From positions 11,222,001-11,286,000 of the forward strand of contig OZ004613.1 of assembly GCA_963924565.1 (NCBI GenBank): a DNA stretch of 64,000 nt. Reading direction: 5' to 3'. Shown in pieces: positions 10,110 through 20,493 of this stretch (position 1 is the stretch's first letter; each line of letters starts with the position of its first letter). The stretch comes from Ascidiella aspersa. Lineage: Eukaryota. Both the position numbers and the translations under genes were made by a program. A model generated the notes under the pieces. It did not search any database and had not been told where the DNA came from. It saw nothing but the letters and a program-made list of their open reading frames with translations.

Positions 10110-10527
10110 AAACTAATCAGATTAAAATAATATGGATGAACAATTTGGTCATTTTTTTTGTTACACTTCAATGATTTGGGGAATCTCCCTTTCAGTCAGC
10201 TGCTAACGCCTCACATAATTGTAAATTTAGTTTAAAATAACATCAACATTCCATATACTCTTCCTAAGATTGAATAACTTGAAAAGAACCTTAAAACATA
10301 CAAACAACCATATTCATTTTATAAATTCTTTTAATCTGTGATTCTTTATGTAAGAAGTAAACAAAAAAACAACAACATAAAATAAGACATTTCCCATCAA
10401 TGTCATCACAATTACATGTTTTCACTGTTTTCTTTTTTCTGGTTATAAAGCGATTTAGTAATACATAACAAAACAGTTTCATTAAAAATTCACAATTACT
10501 ACAGAAGTACAACAAAGTATATGCTTT

Positions 10528-13500
10528 TTAAATATCTAATGGGCTTGAGTTTATACCATCAGAATGAATTTTTCGTTTAGGATAAAAATAATTCAAGCCT
10601 TGTCGAAATTGTTGATAGCTATATATCTTTTGATTTACGTAACGAAATCCACGATTTTCTCCACAAACATTTATTTTTTCTGATAGAACCTTAAAATAAT
10701 CGTCAATGCAATATTTGTTTTGCTTCTTAATCAATCCTTTTGATGTTTGTTTAGTTTTTTCACCATGGCAAAAGTATGTTTTTGAGTTCAGAGCTACAAT
10801 GGCTTTGCCAGAATACTCTACTTTAAACAAACCAGGGGTCCGACTTTCATGTTTAAAATGTGTAAGACAGCATGCACGAGAAGCATTAAAGGGGAGATTA
10901 GCAGTTTTGGTAGCGACAAATTCATTAAAATGCAATGGGCAAGCAATAGAAGGAAACCATGTGTCATATTCACCATAAAATTCTGCACGTTTTTCAGGAA
11001 TAATTACATTATCCAAATTTTTGTCAGAAAGTGCAAAATATAATGAATCAGTGTCCATTTGAACAAGTTCAAAGTTTTGCGGCGAAATATATTTGTTAAG
11101 ACAATCATAGTAAAACCTTAGCATACGAAGTTTAGCGAGCTGTAAAATCATTGAACCTATCTGTATAGGAACATTGTGTACGATTGAACGTTTTCTACTG
11201 TGTACTTCATACACGTTGTCACTCAATTGTGTAGCATTGCGAAAATGTTTGGAGTTCATAGCTTTGGTGGTTTTTTCCTCACTTAAAAAAGTAACATTTT
11301 CCTGTTTTTCTTTATTAAGCAATGTCCTTCCGTATGCAGAGTTACCCTGAAAAAACAAATTAAAGATTTTCATTAATATTAGTAGTAATTTCCCTTATAG
11401 TATTGAGTTACAAATCTATTTAACAAAAAAAAAAAAAAAAAAAAAACAAAAAAAACTAAGTAATATCAAACAACTAATACTTTTTTGAGGTTTTACCTGT
11501 AATTTCCATAAATCTGCTAATATTTGGGAGTCTGGATGAAGATCACCTTTCCGTCGCTCAGTCGTTACTTTATCACAAAATGTTTTGAAACATTGTTTGG
11601 GTTCATAGAGTATAACTTTGTGAACAAATGTGACCACCAATCCATTTGTCATATACCATGCAAGAAGAGGGGAAGCTAAGAGGATTTTATCACCCTTATA
11701 ACTGCTTATAAGATATCGAGTGGGATAGGATAATAGATCATTATCAATTGCATATTGCTTCATGTTATCTCCAATATCATCACGTGAAATGGCTGCATTC
11801 TTAAAAATTGGGGGGAACTCTTTAAATTTATCTCTTAGACCAGGTGGGACAAAAATATCCACCAAAGCAAAACCAAACAACTCTCCATTTTGGAACCCAC
11901 GAAGAATATTTTCTTGTGTGAGTGGTTTTGGGGGCTGAAGTGATGTCAATAGATAGTGTGACACAAATCTGATGGCAAGTGGATCAGTCTTACATTGAAA
12001 AGCCCAAGTACATTCACGCATTTCAATAAGAGTATAACCAAAACTTCGAATATAGGCTGCAATATCTTTGTCTTTTTCCCTAACTTTTTCAAAGTCACGA
12101 TCCTTAAAGGTTTTCGTGATATTACATTTAGGACAGCAATGAAAAAAGCAACCCAAAAACGAAAGTACAATTTTTTGATCTGCTATATACCCATCTACTT
12201 TAATATTACGAGAACCAATTTGCTTTTCTCCACCATTAAATTGATGTTGAATGTATGATATATCATTTTGCATTGCATAAAATGTCATCCACTGTAAAGC
12301 AAGATATCCAGTTGTTTGTGACCTTTCAAATTTAAACTTATCATTTTCTTTTCGCTCGAGAAGAATGTAATTTCCAGTTGGCATATCACCCATTAAAGCT
12401 GACAAATAAAGGGAATTTGCATCATACCCTATAACACTTTGACATGTTTTTGCAGTAGCACCATAGACATCTCCCCGTATAACAGATTCCCCTGCTGCAT
12501 GCCAACGTGTAAAAACAATTGATGGACCTCCAACAATTTGGTCGCGAAACAATTTATTAATGTGAGCATGCTTGTTTGGAAACAAAGAGAAATAGATATC
12601 TGGTGGAACAAATTGAAACATAAGTCGTTGTGATAAACCAGGGGTTGACACCCCATCACACAAAAAATTGATGTTCAGTGAGTGATAGATTGAAATTAAC
12701 TTAATAACAACCTGTTTAAGTGGTTCAACGTCATGTAGATTGTAAGCAATAAGATAATCCCTAAAAGTTTTCATACCTTGAGTTTTCCATAACTTACAGC
12801 ATTCATCGTAGTCATCTTCTGAAATAGTTTCTTTTGTGAGACTGCTTCGAAATGCCTCTCTTGGTGGAAGACACCTGTCTTGTAATTTATCTAAATTGTC
12901 AACATATTCGTAAGGAAAAAAAAGTTTTTGCTGTTCAGTGTTAAATGCAAGAAGCAAACTTCGAAGATTATATCCTGGTGATATAAAGTTACATAGATCT
13001 AAGAAACGAAATTTGGCTGTTTGAAGGCAAAGATAGGAATTCTGTTTCTTAATGCAAAAAAGAATCGGATCAAATTGTTGCAATAGTGGAATTAGCCATT
13101 TTAAACATAATGGAATGTCGTATCTTGATCCATTAAATGTTAACACTGGTATTGCCTTTATAAAAGCTGAAAATTTTGCTTTTAATTTAACCAAAGGGTG
13201 GTTTTTCATTTTGAAATCAGGTTCGTTAGATTTGGCTTCATCAATCTTGCAATTTAATTCGTCAAGTACATGACTATATTTGTCGAGCATCAAATTTTCA
13301 GATTTATTTTGAATTGCAAAAAAATAATGCAACATATTGCAAATTAATTGGTGAGAGTTTCCATTTGAAATTAGACACACAGGTTTATCAAAACCTGGAA
13401 CATTTGATGTTATTGCAACACTTAAAAGTTGGTGACATTGTGTAAAAGTTGTTTTTCCTGTGTTTGTTGGAAGACTGCTGACATTTTTTGGAAAGAAAGC

Positions 13501-14578
13501 CTCAAAATCAAAAATAATGAAAAATGGATGATATTGCAATTGTTTGGCAATTAAAATTCCATTTTGCTCTAGCTCAAGGTATATATTAGGGTTAACTCGA
13601 AATATTTTTCCAGGAAAGGTTTGTTTGACACCGATTTCACATGATGATTCATGTTTTAGAACAAGATAAGGTTTTTTGAACATGTTGTTGCAAAATTGAC
13701 ATGCAAAGTTATGGGTGATGCTTTCAATAGATTGAACAAAACAAAAGTGATTCTCATATTGTACTACATCAAAAGATATAAAATTTGCATTTGATTTGGG
13801 AACATAAGATCTACGTTTTACTTTCCAAATAATTTCTTCGTTAACTTTTTCGACTGAGAACACAGTAATTCGAACTTTGAAAAACTGTTCAATATTTGAA
13901 ATTTCATTAAAAGATACACCTGGAAATGAGTCTACATTTTGTTCAGGATAGTACTGAGAGAAGTATTCTAATGTTTTTTTTTCAAGATTAGCATCATCAC
14001 ACTTTAAACCTTTTGCCAAACATCTAAAAAGACAGAGGTTGTCATTAATCTGTTTCCTAGAGTGGTTTCTTGTAAAACCAAGGATACCTCTACGCTTCAA
14101 GAAAGAGGGTAAACAAATAACAGAACAACCGATTAAGGGAAACTCCTTTAGACGATAGGTAAAAAAAGTAACATTTGTGAGTTCTGTTAAATACCACTTT
14201 GTATCTTCACGGTGCAATGAAAGTTTAGCTAAAACATCACTATTTAGAACTGACTGCAATATATTTTTGAGATCTTCAAAACAACGAACAACAGGTGGCA
14301 TCAAATAGAAAGTAAAATTGTTTGGGGATGCATGGAAATACTGGTTCACAAGTGACATTGTGTTACTCATAACAAAACCAAAACTTGTATTTATCTTGAA
14401 GCTGGATGGAGACATACCTTCTAGAATATCTTTTGTGATATCGTCAATAGATTTTTCAAGTGGTAATTGGTAGTTGAAAATTGACATCATGGTATTCAGT
14501 GATGTAGAAGTAGAAATACTATCCCAATGTTGTTGAACAATATCGGATCTGTTTTCTGGACATATAGGATTTGTAATT
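10528..14578 (-). CDS. polB: Protein-primed family B DNA polymerase, core exons 14578-11497 and 11346-10528
   Basis: Exo motifs FDFE, FNGSRYD, YNLHDV; Pol A YDANSLY; Pol B KLQ|GNSAYG joined across a 150-bp phase-0 GT-AG intron (11347-11496); Pol C MDTDSL; OTU-like DNLCLFRCL...HFCF; Vsr-like insert. Confidence 0.95.
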
Positions 14579-14666
14579 CTAAAAAAAAAAAAAAAAAATT
14601 GAATAGTTATTTTTTCTTACAAAAAATTACATTTCTTAATGAAATAAATAATATAGTGATAATCAC

Positions 14667-14943
14667 CTTTTCGATCTCTTTCTCTTTGGTGGCAAGTCAC
14701 AAAATTTAGACGTAGAAGTTTCATCTTTGTCATTTGTATCCATTGGTGTATAGTTTGAACTGTGTGCCACTTCAGTTGGAATTGAACTACAAAATAGAAT
14801 TATGTTAATTGAAAGGTACTATTTAATATAAATCATTTATCACCTAGACTTACGTTTGATTCTTCTTTGGTATTGTTGAGAAAAGTATATCACTATCTTC
14901 AGAAAATCTGTTTCGAACACTAAAACAAAACATATTTTTTAGA

Positions 14944-14977
<34 letters not shown>

Positions 14978-17425
14978 ATATTAAAGATTAATTAATATTG
15001 GTTTACCTAGTATCCAACAGTTTACGTTTTCTGTTTAACAATTTTATTCTTTGGTCACGACTCCGTCTAGGAATTCTGAATTCAAAAACAAATAAAAAAA
15101 AAACATTAAAATAGAATAGTGTAAGTGTAAACAATAAAAAATGACATATACTAACATTTTTTGAAGTTTTCTTGGTCTTTGAGTTACTTCATCAGGAACG
15201 TTTAATTTTTTTTTCAACCCTTGGCCTTTCTGAGGAGAGTTAAAATCAGAACTGTCACTGCTAATCATTCGATTCGAATTCCTAAAAACATATTATTAGG
15301 TAAAAAAAAAATCATGATGTGTGACTTACATAAAAAAATTGCTTACTTTTTTTATGAAAAGGTTTTAAAAGTTTTTGAAAATCGCTCGAACTATCTGATG
15401 AGTCTGAATCTAAAATTTGATTACGTTTTTTGCTTGATATATTTTTTCTGTTGTCATCATTGTATTTGGAAATTCTAAATTCAGAGACACATAAAAAGAC
15501 ATCAAAATAGAATAATGTAAGAGTTTACAATAAAAAATGCATATATACACTGAAAAAAAAAAACAAAAAAACTAACTTTTTCTTGTGAAAAGGTATTGCT
15601 GTATGTTTTTGAAAATCAATTGTGCTATCTGATGAATTTGAATCTATAATTTGATTACGTTTTCTTTTGTCATCACTTCGTTTAGAAATTCTAAATACAG
15701 AGACAAATAAAAAAAAACAACAAAAAAAACAAAAAAACATTTAAATAGAATAATGTTTCGATAACTAAAAATAAAAAACGATAAGCTTACAGTTTTTTAG
15801 GTTTTGTTGGTTTTTCAATTTTATCCTGAACGATTAAATTTTCTTTCAACCCTTGGCCTTTTTGAGGAGATAAATCAGAGATGTTCATAGTTTCCTTAGA
15901 ACAAAACCTTTTTCTCCGTTGTTCACAAGCTTTATCACTGTGCTGTCTTTTTCGGTACGCAGATGAAAAGCTATCATGAAAAAAAAAATCAATTTTAATT
16001 TGAGTTGTGAATAATTAAACCCAAAATAAAATTAATAATATATAAGAATACAAAATTGTCTTACCAGTAATTACAAAGTTTACACTGAAGCTTTGGGTGG
16101 TTTGAAATATGATGTTTCTGTAACATGGCTTTGCTCTCAAAATAACTTTTACAAAGTCTACATTTATTTTGATTTGTTTTGTCAATAATGAGATGAGTTT
16201 TGTCTTTGACTTTATCTGAAACATAAAAGCAAACAACTTTTTAACAGTTAAATCACAAATATCTCATTTAAATATGTATGTTTATAAATATTCAAAAGCA
16301 AAGCTATAAAATCAATAGAACTATCCTAAATATAAACACCTGCAGGTATATTTTTCTTTTCTACATTTTTGGTTTTAAGTTCAGGTTTACTTTCCTTCTC
16401 TGCATTATTGGTTCCAATTTTAACTGAAATACAAAGCAAGAAAAACTCATAATAGATTAGTCACTAAGCCATTAAGTACATAAACACACCTGCAAAATCC
16501 AAAACTTGATCAATATTGTCTGGAAGTTCAACTTGGTCAGTGAGATCTATGATGAGAGGCATCTGTTTAGGTATAGTCTCCTTCTTTATATTTTTTGTTA
16601 CAAGTTTAGATATACTCTCCTTTTCCACATTTTTCGTTTCAGGTTTAGTTTCCTTCTCTGCATTATTGGTTCCAATTTTAACTGAAATACAAAGCAAGAA
16701 AAACTCATAATAGATTAGTCACTAAGTCATTACGTACATAAACACACCTGCAAAATCCAAAACTTGATCAATATTGTCTGGAAGTTCAACTTGGTCAGTG
16801 AGATCTATGATGAGAGGCATCTGTTTAGGTATAGTCTCCTTCTTTATATTTTTTGTTACAAGTTTAGATATACTCTCCTTCTCCACATTTTTCGTTTCAG
16901 GTTTAGTTTCCTTCTCTGCATTATTGGTTCCAATTTTAACTGAAATACAAAGCAAGAAAAACTCATAATAGATTAGTCACTAAGCCATTAAGTACATAAA
17001 CACACCTGCAAAATCCAAAACTTGATCAATATTGTCTGGAAGTTCAACTTGGTCAGTGAGATCTATGATGAGAGGCATCTGTTTAGGTATAGTCTCCTTC
17101 TTAATATTTTTTGTTACAAGTTTAGATATACTCTCCTTCTCCACATTTTTCGTTTCAGGTTTAGTTTCCTTCTCTGCATTATTGGTTCCAATTTTAACTG
17201 AAATACAAAGCAAGAAAAACTCATAATAGATTAGTCACTAAGCCATTACGTACATAAACACACCTGCAAAATCCAAAACTTGATCAATATTTTTAGGAAC
17301 TTTATCTTGCTTAGTAAAATCCAAAAGTGATAATGGTTTAGGGTCATAAAAGATTTCATTTTCCTGTGGTAATTGCTTTTCTGGAGTTTCTGATGGACAA
17401 TAAATTTTAGTTTTTTTTTTTTCAC
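14667..17425 (-). CDS. Spliced N-terminal extension of polB (exons 17425-17264, 17197-17006, 16939-16748, 16681-16490, 16423-16340, 16215-16065, 15970-15791, 15690-15577, 15474-15347, 15281-15156, 15075-15007, 14919-14854, 14786-14667)
   Basis: Every exon is open and bounded by pyrimidine-rich AG and by GT; introns are 65-124 bp. Phases match at all junctions but one (15347, an A-run one base short). A zinc finger is reconstituted across intron 15971-16064. Confidence 0.8.
16381..17290. repeat. 258-bp tandem repeat, ~3.5 units (192-bp exon + 66-bp intron)
   Basis: Near-identical units; ORF track hits at 16464, 16722 and 16980 are spaced 258 bp apart. Confidence 0.95.
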
Positions 17426-17707
17426 CTAAAAAATACCGGTTACAAAACTAACCACAAATTTCCACCAAAAAGGGTTTATTCATTTCCTCAATAAACCATG
17501 ATTGATGTACAAGATAGTCAGCTAAAAAACAAATACATAAATGTAAGAATCCTATCACAACGCATATAATTTAGCTTAGCATTCGGTAAGTGATTTTCCC
17601 TCACACCATATCACCTAACGTAATCTCTGAAAACTTCACACTATTCAGAAACAAACAAAAAACAAATACTTCTATTATATTTCAAATACAAATAAATAAA
17701 TAAATAC

Positions 17708-18100
17708 CGTTGTTTTGCAGTGACAAATCATCTTGTAAGCCTAAAATATATATTATAATATAACTAAATCTTGTTTCAAAAAAAAAAAAAGTCTAGATCT
17801 GGGCAGTAATCTTCACACTGTTTAAGTTTATTTTTTATCTGAGATTTAAATTACTTTATTATAACATATATTATAATATAACTAAATCTTGTTTCAAAAA
17901 AAAAAAAGTCTAGATCTCGGCAGTAATCTTCACACTGTTTAAGTTCATTTTTTATCTGAGATTTAAATTACTTTATTATATTCAATATTATAATTTCATT
18001 ATTTTACTAGCAAATAACAGATCAATAAAGCAAACAAAATATGAATACTAATTTAAAAATAAAAATACATCTCTATTAACGTACCTTGCTCACAATTCAT
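17708..18100 (-). CDS. Tentative first two coding exons of polB (18100-18085, 17740-17708; MNCEQG LQDDLSLQNN G)
   Basis: ATG at 18100; AAG|GTAC donor; the phase-1 mini-exon is compatible with exon 17425. Other candidate mini-exons at 17640 and 17521 make this end uncertain. Confidence 0.45.
17747..17981. repeat. ~118-bp direct repeat, 2 copies, within the putative first intron
   Basis: ATATATTATAATATAACTAAATCTTG...TTACTTTATTATA occurs twice in tandem. Confidence 0.85.
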
Positions 18101-18457
18101 TCTTGCTAAGTTAAAATAACGAAAGGTATCACTTTCCTGTTTCCATTAAATTAAAAAGTAACGAAACTTATCTAAATAGTTTTTGCTCTCAATATGTCAA
18201 TATACAAAAAAAACCTCATACATTTATAGAGATCCACAACTGTTTTCACTCACCATCTCTGTGGGAACGGAAGTTGGATACATGTGGCGCCGTTCTGACG
18301 GTTATCTATTGAATAATGACAGTCGCAAAAAAAAATCGTTGGTCATTTTACTCTGTCGCAAGATGGCATATTTAAGCCGTTACACATCAATTTAATACTA
18401 AAGAAAAATATCCCTGGGAACTATTTGAAAGACAATTTTCTATTAAAATGAATTGTT

Positions 18458-18770
18458 CAGATTTCTATAAAAACAATTTTAAATTGATTGTTTCTATTAT
18501 GAGAAAATAATATATACTAAACAAATCTTCCCACAGCTTTTTTGCTTGCCTAGGCACGCCTAAAACAGATGCAGATTTCTATAAAAACAATTTTAAATTG
18601 TTTGTTTAAATTATGAGAAAATAATGTATACTAAACAAATTTTCCCACAGCATTTTTTGGCTTGCCCAGGCATGCCTAAAACAGATGCAGATATCTATAA
18701 AAACAAAAATTTAATTGTTTGTTTAAATTATGAGAAAATAATGTATACTAAACAAATTTTCCCACACCAT
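18458..18770. repeat. ~115-bp direct repeat, ~2.7 copies, in the divergent promoter region
   Basis: CAGAT(T/A)TCTATAAAAACAA...TATGAGAAAATAAT.TATACTAAACAAAT.TTCCCACA starting at 18458, 18572 and 18688. Confidence 0.85.
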
Positions 18771-18858
18771 TTTACACACCAAGAACAGATGTTTTTTTTC
18801 ATTCATCAAACAGTATATATATCTGTGTCTGTGAGCAAAATTTCACAAGTCAAACAAA

Positions 18859-19508
18859 ATGGCTCAGCTTTTATTAGATTTATGTAATGAGGACTCTCAA
18901 CTTTTACAGGATTCTCAGTTGTTTGAAACTCCGCCAAAACGTCAAGAGCCAAGTTGTGTTGGGCCGATAAAGCGAAAACCGATTCGTGAAATGTTTAGAA
19001 AGATACGTTCAAAACGTCGCTTTTTGACGACGAATCGAATATTCGAATGGTTACGATCAGTGTTCAAGTACGAGGCAAGGCATTTTTCAATCACGGACAA
19101 CTCAAACAGATAGTTGAGATATTAATGGACGTTTCGTCACCTTTTGTAATTATGTATCCTAAACAAAAAGAGAGCCAAAATGGATATACAACTGTTCAAG
19201 TTCTATTTTGGCCCACTTGTATAGATGATAGTGAATGTACTATTCAATCCAAGATCAAAACGACTGCTGCTGAAATTAAAGAAGATGGTTTAATTTTAAA
19301 ATCACGGGTACAAAATATTTATGCACCAAAAAATTACTTAAAGTATTTAATACCCAATATAAAGTTCTACGAAGTTGCACCACTAGCAGACGGATTAGTT
19401 GATTCCAATGTAAGAAGACAATTTAATGAACTGGTAAAGTTATTGCAGTCTATGTGGACGGACATGAAAGACTCCATCAAAAACCAAAAAAGGAGTATCA
19501 AGAAATAA
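18859..19508 (+). CDS. Polinton accessory gene of unknown function; two overlapping ORFs (18859-19113, 19047-19508), possibly one frameshifted ~216-aa gene
   Basis: TATATATA at 18814 upstream and AATAAA at 19552 downstream; one extra T in the run at 19021-19025 would fuse the ORFs. Confidence 0.55.
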
Positions 19509-19877
19509 CTGTTTTATATAATAACAACATTAATAGTGTCGCTGTATTTGAAATAAAAATAGTTGGTAATAAACAATATAGATTGAAAATGATTGCTTTT
19601 TTTTTTTGAGTGTCATCAACAAAATACATTATATTTCCAAACGACGTAAGTTTTAATTAACTGAAAAAAAATAAAATAACAATTCCATGCTCTATAACTC
19701 AATAGCAAACCAATACTTGCTATAATTAGGATACCAGTCTTGATAGGGAAACAGTGTTTCCTCTCAACTTAACGTTCTGTTAACGTCAAGCAAAACTATA
19801 CAGTCAATGGTATATTTAAAACACAAATATTTAGAAATAAACAAAATGAATTGGATAATGTAAGTTTTTTTGTGTGC

Positions 19878-20493
19878 CAATAATAAAATCCATCATCTTC
19901 AAGTTAAATTACCAAACAACTAAAGTTTTAATGAACTAAATATAAAATACCATCTCATTGCTCTTTACGTCAATAGTAAACCAATACTGGCTATAATTAG
20001 GAAACCAGTCTTGATAGGGAAACACTGTTTCCTCTCTGCTCTGTGAACGAGCCCAAATCAGCCACAACAAACAAGACAACCAATGCACAGTTCGACTTTA
20101 CCAATCGACGATATTTTTGGCACACTTCGTGCAAAGGTCACTTTTTGAAATTGGCACACCTCGCGCAAAAGTAGATTTCTGACTCTTCTGAAAATTTTAC
20201 AAAAAATCTTTTGGGCCTAACAGAAACATTGCAACGTAGAGAACTAGCTTACCTTACCGTATCACACATTTTGTCACTTTTTGTCACTTCCACCTTCACT
20301 TCCGGAAACTTATAAAAACGTTTTTTTTCACCCAAAGACGCTTTTTTGCTCCTCAGGGTACTTTTGCACACTTTCGAACACTTTTCAATTTTACTTTTGC
20401 TAACCGGATGTAACCTGAATACGCCGGAATACACTTCCGTACACCTGGGCACACCTGGGCACACGGCACACTTCGCGCAAGGAAAACACTACT
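19878..20493 (-). repeat. Right terminal inverted repeat (~616 bp)
   Basis: Reverse complement of 3409-4030. Confidence 0.95.

Larger units (their letters stand above)
3409..20493. mobile_element. Complete Polinton/Maverick (adintovirus-like) element, 17,085 bp
   Basis: Starts AGTAGT, ends ACTACT; long TIRs; TSD AGTATT at 3403-3408 and 20494-20499; single AGTATT at paralogous empty sites 33066-33071 and 43871-43876; encodes pPolB, integrase, ATPase, protease and two capsid proteins. Confidence 0.97.

Noticed and set aside
16464-17226. Three separate 77-aa genes and three antisense 64-aa hydrophobic ORFs
   Set aside because: These are repeat exons read into flanking introns, and their antisense shadows.
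18871-18891. Rb-binding LxCxE motif in the accessory ORF (LDLCNE)
   Set aside because: Spacing is wrong: Asp, not Leu, is two residues before Cys.
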